DNA of 64,000 nt, taken from the NCBI RefSeq assembly GCF_009914755.1, contig NC_060933.1; one strand, written 5' to 3'. The notes beneath the pieces were generated by a model. The model was not told the origin of the DNA. It saw only the letters and a program-made list of their open reading frames with translations, and did no database searches. The DNA comes from the human T2T-CHM13v2.0 reference genome, Homo sapiens. This document shows positions 29,881 through 45,019 of the stretch, piece by piece (the stretch's first letter is position 1; each line of letters begins with the position of its first letter). The translations under genes were made by a program, and so were the position numbers.

Positions 29881-32800
29881 TCATCCCGAGTGCAATGGAA
29901 TGGAGAGGAATGGAATGGAATGCAATGGAATCTACCCGAATGGAATGGAATGAAATGGAGTGTAAGGGAATTGAATAGAATAAATCCGAATGGAATGGAA
30001 TGGAATGGAACGGAATGTAATGTAATGTAATGGAATGGAATCAACCCGAGTGCAGGGGAATGGAATGGAATGCAATGCAATATAATGGAATCATCCGGAA
30101 TGGAATGGAATGGAATGGAATGGAATGGAATTGAATGGAATGGAATCAACCCGAGTGCAATGCAATGGAGTGAAATGGAATGGAATGGAATGGAAACAAC
30201 CAGAATGGATTGGAATATAATGGAGTGTAAGGGAATTGAATAGAATCAATCTGAATGTAATGAAATGGAATGGAACGGAATGGAATGGAATGGAATGGAA
30301 TGGAATGCAATGGAATGGAATCAACCCGAGTGCAATCGAATGGAATCGAATGGAATCGAATGCAATGGAATGGATTCAACTTGAATGGAATGGAAAGAAT
30401 GGAGTCAACACGAGTGGAATGGCATGGATTGGAATGGAATGGAATGGAATCAACCCGAGTACAGGGGAATGGAATGGAATGGAATGCAATGGAATCGAAT
30501 CATCCGTAATGGAATGGAAAGGAATGGAATGGAATGGAATGGAATGGAATGGAATGGAATCAACTCGATTGCAATCGAATGGAATGCAATGGAATTAACC
30601 CGAATAGAATGGAATGGAACGGAATGGAACGAAACGGAATGGAATGGATTGGAATGGAATGGAACGGAAAGGAATGGAATGGAATGGAATGGAATGGAAT
30701 GGAGTGGAATGGAATGGAATGGAATCAACGAGAGTGCAGGGGAATGGAATGGAATGGAATGGAATGGAATGGAATGGAATGGAATGGAATGGAAAGGAAT
30801 CAAGCCGAGTGCAGGGGAATGTAATGGAACGGAATGCAATGGAATGGAATCATCCGGAATGGAATGGAATGGAAGGGAATGGAATGGAATGGAGTGGAAT
30901 GGAATGGAATGGAATGGAACAACCCGAATGGAATGTAATGTAATGGAGAGTAACGGAGTTGAATAGAATCAATCCAAATGTAATGGAATGGAATGGAACG
31001 GAATGGAATGGAATGGAATGGAATGGAATGCAATGGAATGGAATCAACCCGAGTAGAATAGAATGGAAAGGAATGGAATGGAATGGAATACAATGGAATG
31101 GAATCAACCCGAATGCAATGGAATGGAGAGGAATGGAATGGAATGGAATGGAATGGAAACTACGCGAATGGAATGGAAGGTAACGGAGTGTAAGGGAATT
31201 GAATAGAATCAATCCGAATGTAATGGAATGGAATGGAAAGGAATGGAATGGAATGGAATGGAATGAAATGGAATGCAATGGAATGGAATCAACCCGAGTG
31301 CAATCGAATGGAATAGAACGGAATGGAATGCAATGGAATGGATTCAACTTGAATGCAATGGAAAGAATGGAATCAACACGAGTGGAATGGCATGGATTGG
31401 AATGGAATGGAAGGGAATCAACCCGAGTGCAATGGAACAGAGAGGAATGGAATGGAATGCAATGGAAACTACCCGAATGGAATGGAATGTAATGGAGTGT
31501 AAGGGAATTGAATAGAATCTATCCGAATGGAATGGAATGCAATGGAACGGAATGCAATGTAATGGAATGGAATGGAATCAACCCGAGTGCAGTGGAATGG
31601 TATGGAATGCAATGAAATATAATGGAATCATCCGGAATGGAATGGAATGGAATGGAATGGAATGGAATGGAATGGAATGGAATCAACCCGAGTGCAATGG
31701 AATGGAGAGAAATGGAATGGAATGGAATGGAAACAACCAGAATGGATTGTAATATAATGGAGTGTAAGGGAATTGAATAGAATCAATCTGAATGTAATGA
31801 AATGGAATGGAACGGAATGGAATGGAATGGAATGGAATGGAATGCAATGGAATGGAATAAACCCGAGTGCAATCGAATGGAATCGAATGGAATGGAATGC
31901 AATGGAATGGATTCAACTTGAATGGAATGGAAAGAATGGAATCAACACGAGTGGAATGGCATGGATTGGAATGGAATGGAATGGAATCAACCCGAGTACA
32001 GGGGAATGGAATGGAATGGAATGCAATGGAATGGAATCATCTGTAATGGAATGGAAAGGAATTGAATGGAATGGAATGAAATTGAATGGAATGGAATGGA
32101 ATCAACTCGATTGCAATCGAATGGAATGTAATGGAACTAACCCGAATAGAATGGAATGGAACGGAATGGAACGGAACGGAATGGAATGGATTGGAATGGA
32201 ATGGAACGGAAAGGAATGGAATGGAATGGAATGGAATGGAATGGAGTGGAATGGAATGGAATGGAATCAACGCGAGTACAGGGGAATGGAATGGAATAGA
32301 ATGGAATGGAATGGAATGGAATGGAATCAACCCGAGTGCAGGGGAATGTAATGGAACGGAATTCAATGGAATGGAATCATCCGGAATGGAATGGAATGGA
32401 ATGGAATGGAATGGAATGGAATGGAGTGGAATGGAATGGAATGGAGTGGAATGGAATGGAATGGAATGGAACAACCCGAATGGAATGTAATGTAATGGAG
32501 AGTAAGGGAGTTGAATAGAATCAATCCAAATGTAATGGAATGGAATGGAACGGAATGGAATGGAATGGAATGGAATGGAATGCTATGGAATGGAATCAAC
32601 CCGAGTAGAATGGAATGGAAAGGAATGGAATGGAATGGAATGGAATGGAATGGAATGGAATCAACCCGAATGCAATGGAATGGAGAGGAACGGTATGGAG
32701 TGGAATGGAAACTACCGAAATGGAATGGAATGTAACGGAGTGTAAGGGAATTGAATAGAATCAATCCGAATGTAATGGAATGGAATGGAACGGAATGGAA

Positions 32801-32980
32801 TGGAATGGAATGGAATGGAATGGAATGGAATGGAATGCAATGGAATGGAATCAACCCGAGTGCAATCGAATGGAATCGAATGGAATGGAATGCAATTGAA
32901 TGGATTCAACTTGAATGGAATGGAAAGAATGGAATCAACACGAGTGGAATGGCATGGATTGGAATGGAATGTAATGGAAT
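29881..32980 (+). repeat. Head-to-tail tandem duplication, unit ~1537-1552 bp (29881-31417 and 31418-~32980)
   Basis: Paired markers AATATAATGGAATCATCC, AAACAACCAGAATGGATTG (30194/31731), CAATCCAAATG (30970/32522), CCCGAGTAGAAT, GTAACGGAGTGTAAGGG (31180/32732). Near-identical ORF translations start at 30236/31773, 30959/32511 and 31199/32751. Confidence 0.88.
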
Positions 32981-33649
32981 CAACCCGAGTACAGGGGAAT
33001 GGAATGGAATGGAATGCAATGGAATGGAATCTTCCGGAATGGAATGGAATGGAATGGAATGGAATGGAATGGAATGGAATGAAATGCAATGGATTCAACT
33101 CGATTGCAATGGAATGGAATAGAATGGAATGGAATGGAATGGAATGGAATTAAACCGAATAGAATGGAATGGAACGGAATGGAACGGAATGGAACGGAAC
33201 GGAATGGAATGGAATGGAATGCAATGGAATGGAATGGAATGGTATGGCATGGAATGGAATGGTACGGAATAGAATGGAATGGATCGAATTGTAATGGAAT
33301 GGAATTGAATGGAATGGAATGGAATGGAATGGAATGGAATCAACGCGAGTGCAGGGGAATATAATGGAACGGAATGCAATGGAATGGAATCATCTGTAAT
33401 GGAATGGAATGGAATGGAATGGAATGGAATGGAATCAACCTGAGTGCAATGGAATGGAGTGGAATGGAATGGAATGTAATGGAATGGAACAACCCAAATG
33501 GAATGGAATGTAATGGAGAGTAAGGGAGTTGAATAGAATCAATCCGAATGTAATGGAATGAAATGTAACGGAATGGAATGGAATGGAATGCAATGGAATG
33601 CAATCAACCCGAGTACAATGGAATGGAATGGAATGGAATGGAATGGAAT

Positions 33650-36600
33650 GGAATGGAATGGAATGGAATGGAAAGGAACTGAATGGAATGGAATGACTTC
33701 AAACCGAATGGAATGGAAAGGAATGGAATCAACACCAGTGGCATGGAATGGAATGGAATGGAATGGAATGGAATGGAATGGTACGAAATAGAATGGAATG
33801 GAACGAAATGGAATGGAATGGAATGGAATGGAATGGAATGGAATGGAATGGAATGGAATGGAATCGTTCCAAGTGGAATAGGAGGGAATGTATTCGAGTG
33901 GAATGGAAAGGAATGGAATCAAACAGAGTGGAATGGAAGGGAATGGAATGGAATGGAAACTAATAGAGTGGAATCAACCCGAGTGGAATGGAATGGAATG
34001 GAATGGAATGGAAAGGAATTGAATGGAATGGAATGACTTCAAACCGAATGGAATGGAAAGGAATGGAATCAACACGAGTGGAATGGAATGGAATGGAATG
34101 GAATGGAATGGAATGGAATCGTACGGAATAGAATGGAATGGAACGAAATGCAATGGAATGGAATGGAATGGAATGGAATGGAATGGAATGGAATGGAAAG
34201 GAATGGAATCGTTCCGAGTGGAATAGGAGGGAATGTATTCGAGTGGAATGGAAAGGAATGGAATCAACCAGCGTGGAATGGAAGGGAATGGAATGGAATG
34301 GAAACTAATAGAATGGAATCAACCCGAGAGGAATGGAATGGAAAGGACTGGAATGGAATGGAATGGAATGGAATCAACTCGATTGCAATGGAATGGAATG
34401 GAATGGAAAGGAATAGAATGGAATCAACCTGAGTGGAATGGAATGGAAAGGACTGGAATGGAGTGGAATGAAATGGAATGGAATGGAATGGAATCAACTC
34501 AATTGGAATGGAATGGAATGGAATGGAATGGAATGGAATGGAATGGAATGGAATTAACCCGAATAGAATGGAATGGAATGGAATGGAACGGAATGGAATG
34601 GAATGGAATGGAATGGAATGGAATGGAATGGAATCAACCCGACTGCAGGGGAACGGAATGGAATGGATTGCAATGGAATGGAATCATCCGGAACGGAATG
34701 GAATGGAATGGAATTTAATCAATTCGATTGCAATGGAATGGAATGGAATGGAATGGAATGGAATGGAATTAACCCGAATAGAATGGAATGGAATGGAATG
34801 GAATGGAAACGAATGGAAGGGAATGGAATGGAATGGAATGGAATGGAATCAACCCGAGTGCAGGGGAATGGAATGGAATGGAATGCAATGGAATGGAATC
34901 ATCCGGAATGGAATGGAATGGAATGGAATGCAATCAACCCAATGCAATGGAATGGAGTGGAATGGAATGGAATGGAATGGAATGGAATCAACTCGATTGC
35001 AATCGAATGGAATGGAATGGAATGGAATCAACTCGATTGCAATCGAATAGAATGGAATGGAATTAACCCGAATAGAATGGAATGGAATGTAATGGAACGG
35101 AACAGAACGGAATGGAATGGAATGCAAAGGAATGGAATGGAATGGAATGGAACGGAACGGAATGGAATGGAATGGAATGGAATGGAATGGAATGGAATTA
35201 ACGCGAGTGCAGGGGAATGGAATGGAATGGAATGCAATGGAATGGAATCTTCCGGAATGGAATGCAATGGAATGGAACAACCCGAATGGAATGGAATGTA
35301 ATGGAGAGTAAGGGAGTTGAATAGAATCAATCCGAATGTAATGGAATGGAATGGAACGGAACGGAATGGAATGGAATGGAATGGAATGGAATGGAATGGA
35401 ATGGATTCAACTTGAATGGAATGTATAGAATGGAATCAAGACGAGTGGAATGGCATGGATTGGAATGGAATGGAATGGAATCAACCCAAGTACAGGGGAA
35501 TGGAATGGAATGGAATGTAATGCAATGGAATGGAATCATCCGTAATGGAATGGAATAGAATGGAATGGAATGGAATGGAATGGAATCAACTCGATTGCAA
35601 TCGAATGGAATGGAATGGAATTAACCCGAATAGAATGCAATGGAATGGAGTGGAACGGAACGGAACGGGACGGAATGGAATGGAATGGAATGGAATGGAA
35701 CGGAACGGATCGGAACGGAATGCAATGGAATGGAATGGAATGGAATGGAATGGTATGGAATGGAATGGAATCAACGCGAGTGCAGGGTAATGGAATGGAA
35801 TGGAATGCAATGGACTGGAATCTTCCGGAATGGAATGGAATGGAATGCAATGGATTCAACTCGATTGCAATGGAATGGAATAGAATGGAATGGAATGGAA
35901 TGGAATGGAATGGAATTAACCCGAATAGAATGGAATGGAATGGAATGGAACGGAACGGAACGGAACGGAACGGAATGGAATGGAATGGAATGGAATGGAA
36001 TGGAATTGTATGGAATGGAATGGAATGGTACGGAATAGAATGGAATGCAAAGAATTAGAATGGAATGGAATCGAATGGAATGGAATGGAATGAAATGGAA
36101 TCAACCTGAGTACAGGGGAATGTAATGGAACGGAATGCAATGCAATGGAATCATCCGGAATGGAATGGAATGGAATGGAATGGAACGGAACGCATCGGAA
36201 CGGAATGGAATGGAATGGAATGGAATGGAATCAACGCGAGTGCAGGGTAATGGAATGGAATGGAATGCAATGGAATGGAATCTTCCGGAATGGAATGGAA
36301 TGGAATGGAATGGAATGAAATGGACTCAACTCGATTGCAATGGAATGGAATAGAATGGAATGGAATGGAATGGAATGGAATGGAATTAACCCGAATAGAA
36401 TGGAATAGAATGGAATGGAATGGAACGGAACGGAATGGAATGGAATGGAATGGAATGGAATGGAATGGAATGGAATGGAATGGAAAGGAACTGAATGGAA
36501 TGGAATGACTTCAAACCGAATGGAATGGAAAGGAATGGAATCAACACCAGTGGAATGGAATGGAATGGAATGGAATGGAATGGAATGGAATGGTACGAAA

Positions 36601-37865
36601 TAGAATGGAATGGAACGAAATGGAATGGAATGGAATGGAATGGAATGGAATGGAATGGAATGGAATGGAATGGAATGGAATCGTTCCAAGTGGAATAGGA
36701 GGGAATGTATTCGAGTGGAATGGAAAGGAATGGAATCAAACAGAGTGGAATGGAAGGGAATGGAATGGAATGGAAACTAATAGAGTGGAATCAACCCGAG
36801 TGGAATGGAATGGAATGGAATGGAATGGAAAGGAATTGAATGGAATGGAATGACTTCAAACCGAATGGAATGGAAAGGAATGGAATCAACACGAGTGGAA
36901 TGGAATGGAATGGAATGGAATGGAATGGAATGGAATCGTACGGAATAGAATGGAATGGAACGAAATGCAATGGAATGGAATGGAATGGAATGGAATGGAA
37001 TGGAATGGAAAGGAATGGAATCGTTCCGAGTGGAATAGGAGGGAATGTATTCGAGTGGAATGGAAAGGAATGGAATCAACCAGCGTGGAATGGAAGGGAA
37101 TGGAATGGAATGGAAACTAATAGAATGGAATCAACCCGAGAGGAATGGAATGGAAAGGACTGGAATGGAATGGAATGGAATGGAATTAACTCGATTGCAA
37201 TGGAATGGAATGGAATGGAAAGGAATAGAATGGAATCAACCTGAGTGGAATGGAATGGAAAGGACTGGAATGGAGTGGAATGAAATGGAATGGAATGGAA
37301 TGGAATCAACTCAATTGGAATGGAATGGAATGGAATGGAATGGAATGGAATGGAATGGAATGGAATTAACCCGAATAGAATGGAATGGAATGGAATGGAA
37401 AGGAATGGAATGGAATGGAATGGAATGGAATGGAATGGAATGGAATCAACCCGACTGCAGGGGAACGGAATGGAATGGAATGCAATGGAATGGAATCATC
37501 CGGAACGGAATGGAATGAAATGGAATTTAATCAATTCGATTGCAATGGAATGGAATGGAATGGAATGGAATGGAATGGAATTAACCCGAATAGAATGGAA
37601 TGGAATGGAATGGAATGGAAAGGAATGGAAGGGAATGGAATGGAATGGAATGGAATGGAATCAACCCGAGTGCAGGGGAATGGAATGGAATGGAATGCAA
37701 TGGAATGGAATCATCCGGAATGGAATGGAATGGAATGGAATGCAATCAACCCAATGCAATGGAATGGAGTGGAATGGAATGGAATGGAATGGAATGGAAT
37801 GGAATCAACTCGATTGCAATCGAATGGAATGGAATGGAATGGAATCAACTCGATTGCAATCGAAT
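33650..37865 (+). repeat. Direct duplication of a ~1.4-kb block (about 33650-35045 and 36460-37865), offset 2812-2817 bp
   Basis: Private markers GTACGAAATAG (33781/36593), CGTTCCAAGTGG (33865/36682), TAATAGAGTGG (33961/36778), TTTAATCAATTCG (34714/37526), CAATCAACCCAATGC (34931/37743). The ORFs 34264-34497 and 37076-37309 translate identically. Confidence 0.92.
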
Positions 37866-40800
37866 GGAATGGAATGGAATGGAATCAATCCGAGTGCAAT
37901 GGAATGGAGTGGAATGGAATGGAATGGAATGGAACAACCCGAATGGAATGGAATGTAATGGAGAGTAAGGGAGTTGAATAGAATCAATCCGAATGTAATG
38001 GAATGGAATGCAACGGAATGGAATGGAATGGAATGGAATGGAATGCAATGGAATGGAATCAACCTGAGTACAATGGAATGCAATGGAATGGAATGGAATG
38101 GAATGGAATGGAATGGAATGGAATGGAATGCCTTCACTCCGAATGGAATGGAAAGGAATGAAATCAACACGGGTGGAATGGAATGAAATGGAATGGAATG
38201 GAATGATACGGAATAGAATGGAATGGAACGAAATGGAATGGAATGGAATGGAATGGAATGGAATGGAATGGAATGGAATGGAATGGAATGGAATGGAATG
38301 GAATCGTTCCCAGTGGAATAGGATTGAATGTATTCGAGTGGAATGGAAAGGAATGGAATCAACCAGAGTGGAATGGAAGGGAATGGAATGAAATGGAAAC
38401 TAATAGAATGGAATCAACCCGAGTGGAATGGAATGGAAAGGACTGGAATGGAAAGGAATGGAATGGAATGGAATGGAATGGAATGGAATCAACGCGAGTG
38501 CAGGGGAATGGAATGGAATCGAATGGAATGGAATGGAATGGAATGGAATCAACCCGAGTGCAGGGGAATGTAATGGAACGGAATGCAATGGAATGGAATC
38601 ATCCAGAATGGAATGCAATGCAATGGAATGGAATCAACCCCAGTGCAATGGAATGGAGTGGAATGGAATGGAATGGAATGGAACAATCCGAATGGAATGG
38701 AATGTAATGGAGAGTAAGGGAGTTGAAAAGAATCAATCCGAATGGAATGGAATGGAACCGAATGGAATGGAATGGAATGGAATGGAATGGAATGGAATGG
38801 AATGGAATGCAATGGAATGGAATCAACCCGTGTACAATGGAATGGAATGGAATGGAATGGAATGGAATGGAATGGAATGGAATGATACGGAATAGAATGG
38901 AATGGAACGAAATGGAATGGAATGGAATGGAATGGAATGGAATGGAATGGAATGGAATCGTTCCGAGTGGAATAGGAGGGAATGTATTCGAGTGGAATGG
39001 AAAGGAATGGAATCAACCAGAGTGCAATGGAAGGGAATGGAATGGAATGGAAACTAATAGAATGGAATCAACCAGAGTGGAATGGAATGGAATGGAATGG
39101 AATCAACTCGATTGGAATGGAATGGAATGGAATGGAATGGAATGGAATGGAATTAACCCGAATAGAATGGAATGGAATGGAATGGAATGGAACGAAATGG
39201 AATGCAATGGAATGGAATGGAATGGAATGGAATGGAATGGAATGGAATCAACCCGAGTGCAGGGGAATGGAATGGAATGGAATGGAATGGAATGGAATGG
39301 AATGGAATGGAATGGAATCATCCGGAACGGAATGGAATGGAATGGAATGGAATCAACTGGATGGCAATGGAATGGAATGGAATGGAATGGAATGGAACCG
39401 AATGGAATGGAATGGAATTAACCGGAATAGAATGGAATGGAATGGAATGGAACGGAATGGAATGGAATGGAATGGAATGGAATGGAATGGAATGGAATGG
39501 AATCAACTCTATTGCAATCGAATGGAATGGAATGGAATTAACCAGAATAGAATGGAATGGAATGGAATGCAATGGAACGGAACGGAACGGAACGGAATGG
39601 AATGGAATGGAATGGAATGGAATGGAATGGAATGGCATGCAATGGAATCAACTGATTGCAATGGAATGGAATGGAATGGAATGGAATCAACCCGACTGCA
39701 GGGGAATGGAATGGAATGGAATGCAATGGAATGGATTCAACTTGAATGGAATGGAAAGCATGGAATCAACACGAGTGGAATGGCATGGATTGGAATGGAA
39801 TGGAATGGAATCAACCCGAGTACAGGGGAATGGAATGGAATGGAATGCAATGGAATGGAATCATCCGTAATGGAATGGAAAGGAATGGAATGGAATGGAA
39901 TGGAATGGAATGGAATGGAATGGAATGGAATCAACTCGATTGCAATCGAATGGAATGGAATGGAATTAACCCGAATAGAATGGAATGGAATGGAATGGAA
40001 TGGAACGGAACGGAACGGAATGGAATGGAATGGAATGGAATGGAATGGAAAGGAATGGAATGGAACGGAAGGGAATGGAATGGAATGGAATGGAATCAAC
40101 GCGAGTGCAGGGTAATGGAATGTAATGGAATGCAATGGAATGGAATCTTCCGGAATGGAATGGAATGGAATGGAATGGAATCAATCCGAGTGCAATGGAA
40201 TGGAGTGGAATGGAATGGAATGGAATGGAACAACCCGAATGGAATGGAATGTAATGGAGAGTAAGGGAGTTGAATAGAATCATTCCGAATGTAATGGAAT
40301 GGAATGGAACGGAATGGAATTGAATGGAATGGAATGGAATGCAATGGAATGGAATCAACCCGAGTGCAATGGAATGGAGAGGAATGGAATGGAATGGAAT
40401 GCAAACTACCCTAATAGAATGGAATGTAATGGAGTGTAAGGGAATTGAATAGAATCAATCCGAATATAATGGAATGTAATGGAATGGAATGGAATGGAAT
40501 GGAATGGAATGGAATGGAATCAACCCGAGTGCAATCGAATGGAATCGAATGGAATGCAATGCAATGGAATGGATTCAACTTGAATGGAATGGAAAGAATT
40601 GAATCAACACGAGTGGAATGGCATGGATTGGAATGGAATGGAATGGAATCAACACGAGTACAGGGGAATGGAATGGAATGGAATGCAATGGAATGGAGTC
40701 ATCCGTAATGGAATGGAAAGGAATGGAATGGAATGGAATGGAATGGAATGGAATCAACTCGATTGCAATCGAATGGAATGGAATGGAATTAACCCAAATA

Positions 40801-43800
40801 GAATGGAATGGAATGGAATGGAATGGAACGGAACGGAATGGAATGGAATGGAATGGAATGGAACGGAACGGAACGGAACGGAATGGAATGGAATGGAATG
40901 GAATGGAATCAACGCGAGTGCAGGGGAATGGAATGGAATGGAATGCAATGGAATGGAATCTTCCGGAATGGAATGGAATGGAATGGAATGGAATGGAATG
41001 GAATGGAATGGAATCAACCCGAGTGCAATGGAATGGAGTGGAATGGAATGGAATGGAATGGAACAACCCGAATGGAACAGAATGTAATGTAGAGTAAGGG
41101 AGTTGAATAGAATCAATCCGAATGTAATGGAATGGAATGGAACGGAATGGAATGGAATGGAATCGAATGGAATGCAATGGAATGGAATCAACCCGAGTTC
41201 AATGGAATGGAGGGGAATGGAATGGAATGGAATGAAAACTACCCGAATGGAATGGAATGTAATGGAGTGTAAGGGAATTGAATAGAATCAATCCTAATGT
41301 AATGGAATGGAATATAATGGAGTGTAAGGGAATTGAATAGAATCAATCCTAATGTAATGGAATGGAATGGAACGGAATGGAATGGAATGGAATGGAATGG
41401 AATGGAATGGAATGGAACGCAATGGAATGGAATCAACCCGAGTTCAATCGAATGGAATCGAATGGAATGGAATGCAATGGAATGGATTCAACTTGAATGG
41501 AATGGAAAGAATGGAATCAACACGAGTGGAATGGCATGGATTGGAATGGAATGGATTGGAATCAACCCGAGTACAGGGGAATACATTGGAATCGAATGCA
41601 ATGGAATGGAATCATCCGTAATGGAATGGAAAGGAATGGAATGGAATGGAATGGAATGGAATGGAATGGAATCAACTCGATTGCAATCGAATGGAATGGA
41701 ATGGAATTCACCCGAATAGAATGGAATGGAATGGAATGGAACGGAACGGAATGGAATGGAATGGAATGGAATGGAATGGAATGGAATGGAACGGAAAGGA
41801 AGGGAATGGAATGGAATAGAATGGAATGGAATGGAATCAACGCGAGTGCAGGGGAATGGAATGGAATGGAATGCAATGGAATGGAATATTCCGGAATGGA
41901 ATGGAATGGAATGGAATGGAATGGAATGGAATGGAATCAACCCGAGTGCAATGGAATGGAGTGGAATGGAATGGAATGGAATGGAACAACCCGAATGCAA
42001 TGGAATGTAATGGAGAGTTAGGGAGTTGAATAGAATCAATCCGAATGTAATTGAATGGAATGGAACAGAATGGAATTGAATGGAATGGAATGGAATGCAA
42101 TGGAATGGCATCAACCCGAGTGCAATGGAATGGAGAGGAATGGAATGGAATGGAATGGAAACTACCCGAATGGAATGGAATGGAATCAACCCGAGTACAG
42201 GGGAATGGAATGGAATGGAATGCAATGGAATGGAATCATCCGTAATGGAATGGAAAGGAATGGAATGGAATGGAATGGAATGGAATGGAATGGAATCAAC
42301 TCGATTGCAATCAAATGGAATGGAATGGAATTAACCCGAATAGAATGGAATGGAATGGAATGGAACGGAACGGAATGGAATGGAATGGAATGGAACGGAA
42401 CGGAATGGAATGTAATGGAATGGAATGGAATCAACGCGAGTGCAGGGGAATGGAATGGAATGGAATGCAATGGAATGGAATCTTCCGGAATGGAATGGAA
42501 TGGAATGGAATGGAATGAAATGCAATGGATTCAACTCGATTGCAATGGAATGGAATAGAATGGAATGGAATGGAATGGAATGGAATTAATCCGAATAGAA
42601 TGCAATGGAATGGAATGGAACGGAATGGAACGGAATGGAATGGAATGGAATGGAATGGAATGGAATGGAATGGAATGGTATGGAATGGAATGGAATGGTA
42701 CGGAATAGAATGGAATGGAACGAATTGTAATGCAATGGAATTGAATGGAATGGAATGGAATGGAATGGAATCAACGCGAGTGCAGGGGAATGCAATGGAA
42801 CGGAATGCAATGGAATGGAATCATCCGGAATGGAATGGAATGGAATGGAATCAACCCGAGTACAATGGAATGGAGTGGAATGGAATTGAATGGAATGGAA
42901 CAACCCGAATGGAATGTAATGTAATGGAGAGTAAGGGAGTTGAATAGAATCAATCCGAATGTAATGGAATGGAATGCAACGGAATGGAATGGAATGGAAT
43001 GGAATGCAATGGAATGGAATCAACCCGAGTACAATGGAATGGAATGGAATGGAATGGAATGATACGGAATAGAATGGAATGGAACGAAATGGAATGGAAT
43101 GGAATGGAATGGAATGGAATGGAATGGAATCGTTCCGAGTGGAATAGGAGGGAATGTATTCGAGTGGAATGGAAAGGAATGGAATCAACCAGAGTGGAAT
43201 GGAAGGGAATGGAATGGAATGGAAACTAATAGAATGGAATCAACCCGAGTGGAATGGAATGGAAAGGACTGGAATGGAATGGAATGGAATGGAATCAACT
43301 CGATTGTAATGGAATGGAATGGAATGGAATGGAATGGAATGGAATGGAATGGAATGGAATGGAATGGAATGGAGTGGAATGGAATTAACACGAATACAAT
43401 GGAAGGGAATGGAATGGAATGGAAACTAATAGAATGGAATCAACCCGAGTGGAATGGAATGGAAAGGACTGGAATGGAATGGAATGGAATGGAATCAACT
43501 CGATTGTAATGGAATGGAATGGAATGGAATGGAATGGAAAGGAATGGAATTAACCCCAATACAATGGAATGGAATGGAATGGAATGCAATGGAATGGAGT
43601 GGAATGAAATGGAATCAACCCGAGTGCAGGGGAATGGAATGGAATGGAATGCAATGGAATGGAATCATCCGGAATGGAATGGAATTTAATGGAATGCAAA
43701 GCAATGGAATCAACTCGATTGCAATGGAATGGAATGGAATGGAAAGGAATACATTGGAATCAACCCGAGTGGAATGGAATGGAAAGGACTGGAATGGAGT

Positions 43801-45019
43801 GGAATGGAATGGAATGCAATGGAATGGAATGGAATGGAATCAACTTGATTGGAATGGAATGGAATGGAATGGAATGGAATGGAATCAACCCGACTGCAGG
43901 GGAATGGAATGGAATGGAATGCAATGGAATGGATTCAACTTGAATGGAATGGAAAGAATGGAATCAACACGAGTGGAATGGCATGGATTAGAATGGAATG
44001 GAATGGAATCAACCCTAGTACAGGGGAATGGAATGGAATGGAATGCAATGGAATGGAATCATCCGTAATGGAATGGAAAGGAATGGAATGGAATGGAATG
44101 GAATGGAATGGAATGGAATCAACTCGATTGCAATCGAATGGAATGGAATGGAATTAACCCGAATAGAATGGAATGGAATGGAATGGAACGGAACGGAATG
44201 GAATGGAATGGAATGGAATGGAATGGAACGGAACAGAAAGGAATGGAATGGAATGGAATGGAATGGAATGGAATGGAATGGAATGGAATGGAATCAACCC
44301 GAGTGCAATGGAATGGAGTGGAATGGAATGGAATGGAATGGAACAACCCGAATGGAATGGAATGTAATGGAGACTAAGGGAGTTTAATAGAATCAATCCG
44401 AATGGAATGGAATGGAATGGAACGGAATGGAATTGAATGGAATGGAATGGAATGCAATGGAATGGAAACTTCCGGAATGGAATGGAAGGGAATGGAATGG
44501 AATGGAATGAAATGCAATGGATTCAACTCGATTGCAATGGAATGGAATAGAACGGAATGGAATGGAATGGAATGGAATTAATCCGAATAGAATGGAATGG
44601 AATGGAATGGGATTAACCTGAATAGAATGGAATGGAATGGAATGGAACGGAATGGAATGGAATGGAATGGAATGCAATGGAATGGAATGGAACGGAATGG
44701 AATGGTATGGAATGGAATGGAATGGTACGGAATAGAATGGAATGGAACGAATTGTAATGGAATGGAATTGAATGGAATGGAATGGAATGGAATGGAATCA
44801 ACGCGAGCGCAGGGGAATGTAATGGAACGGAATGCAATGGAATGGAATCATCAGGAATGGAATGGAATGGAATGGAATGGAATGGAATGGAATGGAATGG
44901 AATCAACCCGAGTGCAATGGAATGGAGTGGAATGGAATGGAATGCAATGGAACAACCCGAATGGAATGGAATGTAATGGAGAGTAAGGGAGTTGAATAGA
45001 ATCAATCGGAATGTAATGG

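Noticed and set aside
2087-31861. AATAAA hexamers (2087, 6381, 11922, 12642, 29979, 31856)
   Set aside because: They are sporadic single-base variants of GAATCAA or GAATAGA, not conserved among paralogues, with no clear GU/U-rich downstream element.
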